DNA from: an uncultured Bacillota bacterium
Lineage (GTDB): Bacteria; Sysuimicrobiota; Sysuimicrobiia; Sysuimicrobiales; Segetimicrobiaceae
Direction of reading: 5' to 3'
DNA: 64,000 nucleotides
Assembly: GCA_963804645.1 (NCBI GenBank)
Contig: CAWDRG010000010.1
Location: forward strand, 32,001 to 96,000
The position numbers and the translations under genes are program-made. The notes under the pieces were generated by a model. That model was given only the letters and a program-made list of their open reading frames with translations, ran no database searches and was not told the DNA's origin. Below are positions 18,403 to 28,052 of the stretch, piece by piece (the stretch's first letter is position 1; every line of letters begins with the position of its first letter).

Positions 18403-20136
18403 GTGGAGGATCGTCCGTGGCACCGGTTCTACGGGAACGCGGTGCCGCGCACGCTGTCGAACATCGGCGGCACCCTCCATGGGGTCCTCGAAGCGACCGC
18501 GCGCCGCTTCCCACATCGGCCGGCCGTGCAGCTTGCCGGCCCCGGATTTACCGGCATCGTCACGTACCGCGCACTCGACCGGCTGAGCAATCGATTCGCC
18601 CGCGCGCTGATCCGGCTCGGGATTCGGCCCGGCGACCGGGTCGCCCTGGCACTGCCCAACCTGCCGCAGTATCCGATCGCGCTGTACGGCATCTTCAAGG
18701 CGGGCGCCGCCGCAGTCCAGGTGAACCCCCTGTACCATGGCGACGACCTCGCGCACGTGCTCGAAGACTCCGGCGCGCGGGTCGTCGTCACGCTCACGCG
18801 GCTCCATCGGCAGATCGACGAGATTCGCGCCCGCACGGCGCTCGAGCACGTCGTGCTGACGAAAATCTCCGATTACTTTCCGCCGCTGTGGCGGACCCTC
18901 TACACGCTCGGACGCGAGCGCCGCGAGGGGGATGCGATGCCGCCCGGAGACGCGCTCGCCTGGCGCCGGCTCCTCTCCCGGGCGTCCGCGGCCGCTCCGG
19001 CGATTGCGGTGGACCCCGGCGCGCTCGCCGTGCTCCAGTACACCGGCGGCACCACGGGCGTGCCGCGCGGGGCGATGCTGTCCCACCATAACCTCGTCGT
19101 GAACGCCGCGCAGGGGGTCGCGTGGTTTGTCGGCCTACGAGAAGGCACGGAGTGCCTGCTCACCGTCGTCCCGCTATTTCACGCGTATGGGCTGCTCGTC
19201 CTGAACGCCGGCGTGCGGCTCGGGGCGTCCCTGCTCATGGTCCTGATGCGCCTCTTCGACGCGCGCCTGGTCGCGGCGCAGGTCCCGCGGTACCGGCCGT
19301 CGGTGTTCCCGGGCGTCCCGGCGATGTACGTCGCGATCAACCGCCTGAAACACGTGGAGCAGTACGACCTCCACAGCATCCGCATGTGCGTCTCAGGGGC
19401 GGCCGAGTTGCCAAGGGACGTCGTTGAGGAGTTCGAGCGGCTCACCGGCGGCCGGCTGGTTGAAGGCTACGGACTGACAGAAGCCTCGCCGCTCGTCGCG
19501 GCGAATCCGCTCTGGGAGGGCAGCGTGCGGAAGCCCGGGAGCATCGGGATCCCCCTCCCGGACACCGAAGCGCGGATCGTCGACATGGAGACCGGAACCA
19601 AGACGCTGGCCGTGGGCGAGCCCGGAGAACTCGTGGTGCGGGGACCGCAGGTGATGCAGGGCTACTGGCACGCTCCCAAGGACACCGCGAACGCGATTCG
19701 CGACGGCTGGCTCTATACCGGCGACATCGGGCGCACCGACGAGGACGGCTTCTTCTTTCTCCTCGACCGCAAGAAGGACATGATCATCACGGCCGGGCTG
19801 AACGTCTACCCGCGCGAGATCGAGGAGGTCCTGCGCCAACATCCAGGCGTGCGCCAAGCGGGCGTGGTCGGAGTGAAGCACCCGATCCGCGGAGAGACGA
19901 TCGTCGCGTACGTGGTCCCGGAGCACCCCGGAGCGGACCCCAGCCCGCTCCGTGCCGACATCCGCGAGTTCCTCCGAGCACACCTGCCGAGCTACAAGGT
20001 CCCGAGGCGCATCGAGCTCGTTGACGCAATCCCGACCACGCTCATCGGGAAGCCTCTGCGCCGCGTGCTCCGCGACCAAGCCGCCCGGGATGGTGCGGAC
20101 GCCCACGCAGAACCAACCGACGGCACCAGCGCCTGA
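18403..20136 (+). CDS. long-chain-fatty-acid--CoA ligase (FadD-like)
   Basis: AMP-binding YTGGTTGVPRG, EGYGLTEASP, GWLYTGDIG, DRKKDMII, GKPLRR. Confidence 0.92.
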   Translation: MEDRPWHRFYGNAVPRTLSNIGGTLHGVLEATARRFPHRPAVQLAGPGFTGIVTYRALDRLSNRFARALIRLGIRPGDRVALALPNLPQYPIALYGIFKAGAAAVQVNPLYHGDDLAHVLEDSGARVVVTLTRLHRQIDEIRARTALEHVVLTKISDYFPPLWRTLYTLGRERREGDAMPPGDALAWRRLLSRASAAAPAIAVDPGALAVLQYTGGTTGVPRGAMLSHHNLVVNAAQGVAWFVGLREGTECLLTVVPLFHAYGLLVLNAGVRLGASLLMVLMRLFDARLVAAQVPRYRPSVFPGVPAMYVAINRLKHVEQYDLHSIRMCVSGAAELPRDVVEEFERLTGGRLVEGYGLTEASPLVAANPLWEGSVRKPGSIGIPLPDTEARIVDMETGTKTLAVGEPGELVVRGPQVMQGYWHAPKDTANAIRDGWLYTGDIGRTDEDGFFFLLDRKKDMIITAGLNVYPREIEEVLRQHPGVRQAGVVGVKHPIRGETIVAYVVPEHPGADPSPLRADIREFLRAHLPSYKVPRRIELVDAIPTTLIGKPLRRVLRDQAARDGADAHAEPTDGTSA

Positions 20137-20548
20137 CCGCCCCACCCCCTCGCTAGAAGTACAGGTCGAGCCCCACGCTCCCCGTCTGGCTCGTCTGTAC
20201 GTGCTCAGCACCGCGTCATACGTGACGGGAAGTCCGCGCCGTACGCGAGACCCGGCGGAGTTTGGACTGCGGCTGCGATGCGAAGTAGATAGCCTGTCGT
20301 GAACTTACGCCGTGCTGTGCCGTCTCCCGCCCGAGTAGCGCTGTTCCACGCCCCGCTTGATTGTCTGGCAGAACGCATACTGCGCGTGCCGGTGGAACGT
20401 GAACGGGCGATTAAGAAGCGCGAAAAAATGGGGACGGCCGTATGCGCACGCGACCCGCCCGCACGGTGTCGGGCGCACGTCTGATGAGGTTTTCCGACAA
20501 CAAAGCGCCGGCCGTGCTACGCGGGACGCGAAGCGGAGGGCGCGCGCG

Positions 20549-21070
20549 CTACCGAAATACCCGCGCGCGGTCGGGCGGCCAGTAGATCATCACCGCTTCG
20601 CCGACGACGTTGGCGTACGGCACGAATCCGAACGACCGGCTGTCCTCGCTGTTGTCGCGGTTGTCGCCGAGCACGAAGATGTCGCGGGCGGGGACCGTGG
20701 TCGGCCCGTAGGTCCCATCGGTGGCGACGTGCAGGTAGGGCTCCGACAGCAGCCGGTTGTCGACGTAGACGCGCCCGTCGTGAATCCAGATCGACTGGCC
20801 CGGGGTCCCGACGACCCGCTTGATGTAGTTGCGCTGTGGAAAGTCCGGCGGGTGAATGACCACGATCTGCCCCTCGTGGGGCTGCGCGAACCGGTAGAGG
20901 AACTTGTTCACGAGCACCCGGTCTCGCGGCAGCAGGTTCGGCTCCATCGAATACTGCTCCACCTGAAACGCCTGCGCCACCGAGACCATGACCACCTGGG
21001 CCAGGATGAAGGCGATCACGAGCGTCCTCAGAAACTCCAGTCCGGCGCGGCGAAGGTCGCGCTTCTCCAT
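20549..21070 (-). CDS. lepB: signal peptidase I
   Basis: ATG 21070 after GAGGAG; single TM, SMEPNL (Ser), YIKRVVG (Lys), LGDNRDNSEDSR. Confidence 0.95.
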   Translation of the reverse strand: MEKRDLRRAGLEFLRTLVIAFILAQVVMVSVAQAFQVEQYSMEPNLLPRDRVLVNKFLYRFAQPHEGQIVVIHPPDFPQRNYIKRVVGTPGQSIWIHDGRVYVDNRLLSEPYLHVATDGTYGPTTVPARDIFVLGDNRDNSEDSRSFGFVPYANVVGEAVMIYWPPDRARVFR

Positions 21071-21095
21071 TGGTCTCCTCACCTCGTGGGGCATC

Positions 21096-21187
21096 TGGCG
21101 GAGGGGGTGGGATTTGAACCCACGAGGCGGTTGCCCACCTACACGCTCTCCAGGCGTGCCGATTCGGCCGTGCTCTCGCACCCCTCC
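21096..21187 (-). tRNA. tRNA-Ser (anticodon GGA), CCA encoded
   Basis: Cloverleaf: acceptor GGAGGGG/CCCCTCC, anticodon stem CACGC-CTGGAGA-GCGTG, long variable arm AGGTGG-GCAA-CCGCCT, T arm GTGGG-TTCAAAT-CCCAC, discriminator G + CCA. Confidence 0.97.
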
Positions 21188-21197
21188 GGGCGCGCCA

Positions 21198-21210
21198 ATT
21201 ATAGCACAGC
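21198..21210 (-). promoter_or_regulatory. extended -10 promoter of tRNA-Ser (GCTGTGCTATAAT)
   Basis: Perfect TGnTATAAT followed by GC-rich discriminator, 10 nt before tRNA 5' end. Confidence 0.7.
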
Positions 21211-21233
21211 GCCCCCGCTCCGGCGGGGGCGCT
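21208..21233. terminator. GC-rich hairpin downstream of coxM-like gene
   Basis: AGCGCCCCCGC-TCCG-GCGGGGGCGCT, 11-bp perfect stem, no clear U-tract. Confidence 0.45.
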
Positions 21234-21253
21234 GGCCGTGCCGTTCGGACCCG

Positions 21254-22117
21254 CTACTTCGCACGCGATGCGGCGAGCAGCACCGCCCGCTTCGTATAGA
21301 CCTGCGCGAGGTGCGCGCGAAACTCCCCGGACGCGTACACGTCGCCCTGCGCATCCGCGGCCTTCGCCGCGTGCGCGGCCGCCGCGGCGACGGTCTTTTC
21401 ATCGAGCGCCTGGCCGACCAGCGCCTTCTCCACCGCGGTCGCGCGATAGGCCTTGCCCTCGACCCCGTTGATGCCGATCGCCACCCGCTGGCACTTCCCG
21501 CCGCTCACCGACAGCACGACCGCCACGCCGACGACCGCGTACCCGCTCGCCGGGTGCGCGTGCTTCACGTACGCGGTCCCGGTCCCCTTGGCAAGCGCGG
21601 GCACGCGCACCTCGGTGATCAGCTCCGTCGGTGCGAGCGCGGTGGTCAGCATCTCCACGAAGAAGTCCTTGGCCGCGATCGTCCGGCTGCCCTTCGGGCC
21701 CGTAGCCACGATCTGCGCGTCAAGCGCCAGCACCGCCCCCGGATAATCGGCCGCCGGGTCCGCGTGCGCCAGCGCGCCGCCGATCGTGCCGCGGTTGCGG
21801 ACCTGCATGTCGCCGATCACCCCCGCGACCTCCGCGAGGAGCGGGCACTTGTCCTTGAGCACGTCGCTGTGCTCGACCGCATCGTGCGTCGCGAGCGCGC
21901 CGATCGTCACCCCGTCCTTCGAGGCGGCGATCCCATCGAGTCCGGGGATCCGGCCGATGTCGACGACGACCTTCGGCTGCGCGAGCCTGAACTTCATGAT
22001 CGGCAGGAGGCTGTGGCCGCCGGCCAGCACCTTGGCATCGTCGCCGTGCTCCTGGAGCAGGCCGACCGCCTCTTTGACGCTCTTCGGCGAATGGTACTCG
22101 AACGCCGCGGGAATCAT
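21254..22117 (-). CDS. coxM: xanthine dehydrogenase/CO dehydrogenase family FAD subunit (CoxM-like)
   Basis: MIPAAFEYH.P, LAGGHSLLP, QVRNRGTIGG, HADPAAD. Confidence 0.92.
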   Translation of the reverse strand: MIPAAFEYHSPKSVKEAVGLLQEHGDDAKVLAGGHSLLPIMKFRLAQPKVVVDIGRIPGLDGIAASKDGVTIGALATHDAVEHSDVLKDKCPLLAEVAGVIGDMQVRNRGTIGGALAHADPAADYPGAVLALDAQIVATGPKGSRTIAAKDFFVEMLTTALAPTELITEVRVPALAKGTGTAYVKHAHPASGYAVVGVAVVLSVSGGKCQRVAIGINGVEGKAYRATAVEKALVGQALDEKTVAAAAAHAAKAADAQGDVYASGEFRAHLAQVYTKRAVLLAASRAK

Positions 22118-22124
22118 CGTGTGG

Positions 22125-24491
22125 TCACCTCCGGGTCTGTGCTGCGTGGATCGCGTTCCAGATCCGCTCCGGCGTGAGCGGCATGTCGAGGTGCGTCACG
22201 CCGAGCGGCCGGAGCGCGTCGAGCACCGCGTTCACCACGGCCGGCGTGCTCGCGATCGTCCCCGTCTCGCCCGCGCCTTTGACCCCGAGCGGGTTGTGCG
22301 GGGACGGGGTCTCCGTCCGCTCGGTGATGAACATCGGGAACAGATGGGCCTTCGGAACGGCGTAGTCCATCATCGATCCGGTCAGGAGCTGGCCCTCCGG
22401 GCTGTATACCGCTCCTTCCCACAGCGCCTGCGCGATCCCCTGCACGACGCCGCCGTGCACCTGCCCGTCCACGATCATCGGGTTGATCACGCGGCCGCAG
22501 TCGTCCACCGCGACGTACCGCCGGAGCTCGACCTCCCCGGTGTCCGCGTTCACCTTCACCGCCGCGATGTGCGTCCCGAACGGGAACGTAAAGTTCGACG
22601 GGTCGTAATACGCCGACGCCTCGAGCGAGGGCTCGACCCCGGGCGGCAGGCTCCACGCGAGGTACGCCGCGAGCGTCACCTCCTGGATCGTCTTGACCCG
22701 GTCGGGGCTGCCGCGGACGGAGAAGCGGCCCTGGTCGAACGTCACGTCCGCCTCGGCCGCCTCCAGCATGTGGGCGGCGATCTTCGTCGCCTTCTCGCGC
22801 ACGCGGCGCGCAGCGATCACGAGCGCCGCGCCGCCGACGACGGTCGAGCGGCTGCCGTACGTGCCCCAGCCCATCGAGACGGCGCCGGTGTCGCCGTGGA
22901 CGACCTCGATGTCGTCGACCGGCAGTCCCAGCTCTTCCGCGACGATCTGCGCGAACGTCGTCTCCTCGCCCTGGCCGTGCGGCGAGATCCCGGTGAACAC
23001 GGTCGCCTTCCCGGTCGGGTGCATCCGCACCGTCGCGCTCTCCCAGAGGCCTCCTTGAAAGCCGACGGCGCCCGCGACCTTGGACGGGCCGAGGCCGCAG
23101 ATCTCCACGTACGTGCTCAGCCCCACCCCGAGGTAGCGGTTGTCCTTCGGGCCCTGCTTCTGGAACTCGCGCAGCCGCTGGTACCCGATGAGATCGAGCG
23201 CCTTCGTGAGCGCCGGCCCGTAGTTGCCGCTGTCGTAGGCCAGGCCCTCGGCCGTCGTGTACGGGAACTTGTCTGACGGGATGAAGTTCTTGCGGCGCAC
23301 CTCGGCCGGGTCCATCTTCACGCGCTCGGCGACGAGGTCCATCATCCGCTCGATCAGGTACGTGGCCTCGGGCCGCCCGGCGCCGCGGTACGCGTCGACC
23401 GGGACCGTGTTCGTGAACACGCCCTGGACCTCGTAGGAAATGTTCGGGATCGCGTAGCACCCCGTCATCATGAGGCCGTGGAGGATCGTCGGGACGCCCG
23501 GGGCGGCGGTCGACAGGTAGGCGCCGAGGTTGGCCCACGTCTTGCCGCGGATCGCCGTCACGGTCCCGTCCTTGCGCGCCGCGACCTCGAAATCGGTAAT
23601 GTGGTCCCGGCCGTGGATCGTCGCCAGATAGTTTTCCCGGCGGTCCTCGATCCACTTCACCGGCTGGCCGGTCGCCTTCGAGCAGAACACGACGATCGCG
23701 TCGTCCGCGTACAGCGGGATCTTGCTCCCGAACCCGCCGCCGACCTCGGGGGCGATGACCCGAATCTTCTGCTCGGAAATGCCCGTGACGACGGACATCA
23801 GGAACCGCGCGATGTGCGGGTTCTGGGTGGTCGTCCACACCGTCAGGTCGCCCGAGCCGCTGTTGTAGCGGGCGACGGTCCCGCGCGTCTCCATCGCGTT
23901 CGGGATCAGCCGCTGGTTCAGGAACCGCTGCGAGATCACGACGCCGTCCCGCTTCGCCTCGGCAAACGCGGCCTCCGCGTCCCCGCCGGCCACGCGCCAC
24001 GTGAACGCCACGTTCCGGGGAGCGTCCGCGTGCAGCTGCGGCGCGCCGTCGCGCACCGCGCGCTCCTGGTCTACGATCGCCGGCAGCGGCGCGTACTCGA
24101 CGCGCACGAGGGCCGCGCCGTCGCCGGCCGCAAACGGGCTGTCGGCGACGACCACCGCGACGCCGTCCCCCACGTACCGGACGACGTCAACCGCGAGCGC
24201 GGGATGCGGCGGCGTCTTGAGGTCGGACCCCGGGATCAGCCACGCCGTGGGAATCGGCTTGATCTTGCCCTCCAGATCCTTCCCCGTGAAGACCGCCACG
24301 ACCCCGGGCAGCGCGCGCGCGGCCTTCGTGTGGACGCGCACGACCTTCGCGTGGGCGTGCGGGCTCCGCACGATCTGCGCGTAGAGCATCCCGGGCAGCT
24401 GCAGGTCGTCGACGTAGGTGGCCTTCCCGGTGATCAGGCGCGGATCTTCCCGCCGCTTGATCCTCGCTCCAAAGAGCTTGCTGACGGCCAT
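22125..24491 (-). CDS. coxL: molybdopterin-binding large subunit, form II CoxL-like
   Basis: RREDPRLITG, VGGGFGSK, active-site loop AYRGAGR (form II), HGQGEET, GVKGAGE. Confidence 0.92.
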   Translation of the reverse strand: MAVSKLFGARIKRREDPRLITGKATYVDDLQLPGMLYAQIVRSPHAHAKVVRVHTKAARALPGVVAVFTGKDLEGKIKPIPTAWLIPGSDLKTPPHPALAVDVVRYVGDGVAVVVADSPFAAGDGAALVRVEYAPLPAIVDQERAVRDGAPQLHADAPRNVAFTWRVAGGDAEAAFAEAKRDGVVISQRFLNQRLIPNAMETRGTVARYNSGSGDLTVWTTTQNPHIARFLMSVVTGISEQKIRVIAPEVGGGFGSKIPLYADDAIVVFCSKATGQPVKWIEDRRENYLATIHGRDHITDFEVAARKDGTVTAIRGKTWANLGAYLSTAAPGVPTILHGLMMTGCYAIPNISYEVQGVFTNTVPVDAYRGAGRPEATYLIERMMDLVAERVKMDPAEVRRKNFIPSDKFPYTTAEGLAYDSGNYGPALTKALDLIGYQRLREFQKQGPKDNRYLGVGLSTYVEICGLGPSKVAGAVGFQGGLWESATVRMHPTGKATVFTGISPHGQGEETTFAQIVAEELGLPVDDIEVVHGDTGAVSMGWGTYGSRSTVVGGAALVIAARRVREKATKIAAHMLEAAEADVTFDQGRFSVRGSPDRVKTIQEVTLAAYLAWSLPPGVEPSLEASAYYDPSNFTFPFGTHIAAVKVNADTGEVELRRYVAVDDCGRVINPMIVDGQVHGGVVQGIAQALWEGAVYSPEGQLLTGSMMDYAVPKAHLFPMFITERTETPSPHNPLGVKGAGETGTIASTPAVVNAVLDALRPLGVTHLDMPLTPERIWNAIHAAQTRR

Positions 24492-24509
24492 GACGTCCCC
24501 CCCGTGGCG

Positions 24510-25001
24510 CTACCGCGCCGCCTTCTGTGGAGATTCGCCGCGCATCTTCTTGGCCGCGTACTGGATCGCGTTGACGATGTGCTGGTACCCGGTGCAGCGG
24601 CAGAGGTTCCCCTCGAGCCCCGCGCGGATCTCCGCCTCGGTCGGGTTCGGGTTGCGGTGCAGCAGCTCCACGGCCGTCAGCATCATCCCCGGCGTGCAGA
24701 ACCCGCACTGCAGCCCGTGCTCCTCCCAGAACCCTTCCTGGATCGGATGCAGGTCCCCGTTCTTCGCCAGCCCCTCGACGGTGGTGAACGAGGCCCCGTC
24801 CGCCTGCACCGCGAGCAGCGTGCACGACTTCACGGCCTTGCCGTCCATCAGAATCGTGCACGCGCCGCAGTTGCTCGTGTCGCAGCCGACGTGGGTGCCG
24901 GTCAGGCCCAGCACGTCGCGGATGTAGTGTACCAGCAGCAGCCGCGGCTCGACCTCGTGCGAATCGGTGTGGCCGTTCACCGTGATCGTCACGCGATTCA
25001 C
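24510..25001 (-). CDS. coxS: (2Fe-2S)-binding small subunit (CoxS-like)
   Basis: GTG 25001 after [35 protein letters not shown]. Confidence 0.93.
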   Translation of the reverse strand: MNRVTITVNGHTDSHEVEPRLLLVHYIRDVLGLTGTHVGCDTSNCGACTILMDGKAVKSCTLLAVQADGASFTTVEGLAKNGDLHPIQEGFWEEHGLQCGFCTPGMMLTAVELLHRNPNPTEAEIRAGLEGNLCRCTGYQHIVNAIQYAAKKMRGESPQKAAR

Positions 25002-25352
25002 CGTTCGTCCCTCCTTCATCCGTGGTGCCGGGATGCGCCGACGAGCGGGCGCTCGGCGCGCGCGGTCCGTCATGTTCGCAGGACCGCGATGCCAGACTCT
25101 CGTACCCGAGGCGTACACACGAGCAAGTGCGCAGCGATGAGCGACGGGCCCGGAGGATGGTCAGAAGATGCCGGGGCAGCGGTCGCGGTTGGGCCGTCGT
25201 CGTGGTCCTCGCCGTGTCTCGTTCGCGACGCGGGGGGGACTTCCTCCTCTCCATACAAGGGGCCCGCCGCGCCGCCCCGGGACGCTCGCCGCCCCGGCCC
25301 GGTGCGGTATACTGGTCCCCGCGGCGCCGCCGCACCGTCTCCGGGAGGATTC

Positions 25353-26234
25353 ATGCCGACGAGCTCGCGCATCGCCTGTCCCGCGGGCTTCGAGTTCCTG
25401 CGCACGATCGAGGTGCTGCGCCGGGGGCCGCACGACCCGCTCCACTGGTGCGACGGCCGGCGCTGGCGCCGCCTGTTCGCCTTCGACGGCCGCGTCGTGC
25501 TCGTCGAAGCGACGTGCGGGCGGACCGTGACCGTCCGGCGCCTGGCCGGCGACGCGCCGCCGGAGGTGGTCCGGCGGCTCGTAACGCGCGTGCTCGGCCT
25601 CGACGACCCCGGCCCGGTGCGGCTCCGCGGCCTGCCGGCGTCCGTCCGCCGCGTCGCGCGCGCGCACCGCGGCCTCTCGCTGCCCGGCCACGGGACCCTG
25701 TTCGAGGCGCTGGTGCAGACGGTCCTCGGACAGCAGATCCACGCGAAGGTCGCGAACCGCCACCGCGCGGCGTTCATCTACGCGTTCGGCATCCGGTACG
25801 ATTATCGCGGGCGCGGCTACTGGGCGTACCCCACGCCGGAGCGCCTCGTCGGGGTCCGCGTCCCGACGATCCGCGCGCTCGGCATCAGCACCGCAAAAGC
25901 GCGCGCCATCGTCGCGATCGCGAAGAGCCTCCGGACGGGCCGCCTCGTGGAGGACGCGATCGCGCGCATGCCCGCAGAGGAGGCGATCGCCGCGATGAGC
26001 GCCCTGCCAGGGATCGGACGGTGGACGAGCGAGTGGGTGCTGCTGCGCGGATTTCGGCGGTTCGATGTCGTGCCGGCCGGAGATCTCGCGATCCGCAAAG
26101 CCGTGGCGTGGTCCCTCGGCCGGACGCGCCTCCTCACTGAGCGCCAGGTGCGGGCGGCGGTGCGCGGCTGGGCCCCGCACGGGGGCCTCGTGACGTACCG
26201 CGCGCTCTACGCCCACCGCCAGACGGTCGGATAG
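25353..26234 (+). CDS. alkA: DNA-3-methyladenine glycosylase II (AlkA-like, HhH-GPD)
   Basis: ATG 25353 after GGGAGG; FEALVQTVLGQQI, YPTPE, LPGIGRWT, PAGDLAI. Confidence 0.88.
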   Translation: MPTSSRIACPAGFEFLRTIEVLRRGPHDPLHWCDGRRWRRLFAFDGRVVLVEATCGRTVTVRRLAGDAPPEVVRRLVTRVLGLDDPGPVRLRGLPASVRRVARAHRGLSLPGHGTLFEALVQTVLGQQIHAKVANRHRAAFIYAFGIRYDYRGRGYWAYPTPERLVGVRVPTIRALGISTAKARAIVAIAKSLRTGRLVEDAIARMPAEEAIAAMSALPGIGRWTSEWVLLRGFRRFDVVPAGDLAIRKAVAWSLGRTRLLTERQVRAAVRGWAPHGGLVTYRALYAHRQTVG

Positions 26235-26239
26235 CGCCG

Positions 26240-27433
26240 ATGCCGTCGACCCCGCCGGATGAGCTGATCCGCCGCGCCGCGTCGCTGCAGCGGCATCTCG
26301 AGCAACTCGCGCTGGACGCGGCGCTCATCACCCAGAACGTCGACCTCTTCTACTTCGCGGGCAGCATGCAATCCGGCGTCCTCGTCGTGCCGGCGCGCGG
26401 CCGCGCGGCCTACGGCGTCCGGCGCGTGCTCGAACGGGCGCGCAGCGAGAGCGCGCTCGACCAGGTCCTCCCCCTGCCGAGCTTCCGCGGCCTGGCGGCG
26501 CTCGTGCGCGACGCCGTGGGCGGGCCGGTCCGCCGGGTGGGGGTCGAGCTCGACGTGCTGCCCGTCCAGGTGCGCGACCGCCTCGCGGCGGCGCTGCCGG
26601 ACGTGGAGCTCGTGGATGTGTCGGCCGCGATCCGCACCGTCCGGACCGTCAAGTCCCCCTACGAGCTCGACAAGATGCGCGCCGCCGCGGTCCTCGCCGA
26701 GGCGATGCTGCACGCCGCGGTCGGCGCCCTGCGCGAGGGCATGACGGAGCTCGAGCTGTCGGGTGTGGTCGAAGCGGCGGCGCGGCGGGGTGGACATCAG
26801 GGCGTCGTCCGCGCCCGCGGCTGGAATCAGGAGGTCTACTACGGACATCTGCTGGCCGGCCCCTCGGGCGCGGTCGAGAGCGCGCCCGACACGCCCCTCG
26901 CCGGCGAGGGCCCGAGCGCGGCCGTGCCGTTTGGGGCCGGACACCGGCGCATCGCCGCGGGCGACCCCGTGATCCTCGACTACACCGGAGTGCTCGACGG
27001 CTACATCTGCGACCAGACGCGCACGCTCGTGATCGGGGCGCTGCCCGAGCCGCTCGCCGCGGCGCACGACGCGGCGGTCGCGGTGCTCGGGACGGTCGCG
27101 GACGCGATCCGGCCGGGCGTCACGCCGGCATCGCTGTACCGGCTCGCGGTCGAGCGTGCCGGCGGACTTGGGTACGCGGCCGCGTTCATGGGAGCCGGCC
27201 CCCTGCGCGCCCGGTACGTCGGGCACGGCGTCGGCCTGGAGCTCGACGAGTGGCCGGTACTGGCGGAGGGATTCACGGAGCCGCTCGTCCCCGGCGTCGT
27301 GTTGGCGATCGAACCCAAAATGGTGTTCCCGGGCGTAGGCGCGGTCGGGATCGAGGATCAGTTCGCCGTCACGTCCGACGGCGCCGAGCGGATCACGCGG
27401 CCGGCGCAGCGGGTATTCGCCGTCAAGCGCTGA
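26240..27433 (+). CDS. Xaa-Pro peptidase family M24 protein
   Basis: Creatinase-like N-domain; RTVKSPYE, GYICDQTRT, GHGVGLELDE, AIEPK, GIED. Confidence 0.9.
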   Translation: MPSTPPDELIRRAASLQRHLEQLALDAALITQNVDLFYFAGSMQSGVLVVPARGRAAYGVRRVLERARSESALDQVLPLPSFRGLAALVRDAVGGPVRRVGVELDVLPVQVRDRLAAALPDVELVDVSAAIRTVRTVKSPYELDKMRAAAVLAEAMLHAAVGALREGMTELELSGVVEAAARRGGHQGVVRARGWNQEVYYGHLLAGPSGAVESAPDTPLAGEGPSAAVPFGAGHRRIAAGDPVILDYTGVLDGYICDQTRTLVIGALPEPLAAAHDAAVAVLGTVADAIRPGVTPASLYRLAVERAGGLGYAAAFMGAGPLRARYVGHGVGLELDEWPVLAEGFTEPLVPGVVLAIEPKMVFPGVGAVGIEDQFAVTSDGAERITRPAQRVFAVKR

Positions 27434-27468
27434 GGAACGCAATCAAGGGACACCGACGGGAGAACGTC

Positions 27469-27920
27469 ATGCACATGCCAATGCCGCTAGTGTATCGAAC
27501 GGTGTGTACGGCGTCTTCAATCGCAATGCTGCTTTCCCTACCGTATTGGGCATATGCGAATGGCGCTGACTCGCCAGAAAAATTAGCGGCAACCATAGAA
27601 ACCGCCTATGCATCGAAAGACAAGACCGCCTTGAACGCCCGGTATCTGCCGCGTCGTGAGAGACAGCAGATCGATGCGACCGTGTCGGTTGTGCCTCAGG
27701 ATTTTGGCCGGAGCGTACAATCCGTAGAGTGGAAAAACACACGAACACCAACCAGCCCGCTGGTTCCTACACAGGGGCGAATGGTATTGTGCATACGTAT
27801 TGTCCTGTGTCCGCAGGCACGATCACCGTCACGTGTGCCGATACATCCCCGGCGGTCTTCCAGTAGGGTGAAGAGAATGGCAGGTGTTATCTGGTGACAA
27901 CCTGTTCGCGCCCGTCCTAG
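27469..27920 (+). pseudogene. degraded lower-GC gene for a secreted protein
   Basis: Signal-like N-terminus ..IAMLLSLPYWAYA-NGADSPEKLAATIETAY; protein-like continuation in another frame with in-frame TAG (GTITVT...VFQ*GEENGRCYLV); atypical codon usage. Confidence 0.4.
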
Positions 27921-28052
27921 CACAGCCGGCTCCGGCAGCCTGCGCGCGAGAGGGATGCTCTGGGCCTGACCAGAACCAAAATCGGCGGCACGACACCGCC
28001 GCCCGCGGTCCGCTCGGGCGCCGCCCGGCGGATCTGCAAGGAGGATGCGCAG

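Noticed and set aside
20137..20548. Possible small gene or RNA in the fadD-lepB gap
   Set aside because: Short ORFs lack coding-like features and I found no convincing stable structure.
21096..21187. tRNA-Ser as an integration site for an island or prophage
   Set aside because: No integrase and no duplicated tRNA 3' end seen in the window.
22125..24491. Bona fide aerobic CO dehydrogenase (form I)
   Set aside because: Active-site loop is AYRGAGR rather than AYxCSFR, gene order is SLM, and accessory cox genes are absent.
23478..26234. 918-aa ORF and similar long Arg/Pro-rich ORFs (8379..10541, 30952..33261, 39734..43276, 57489..59837)
   Set aside because: Stop-poor antisense frames typical of high-GC DNA, overlapping well-supported genes; only the AlkA part from 25353 is retained.
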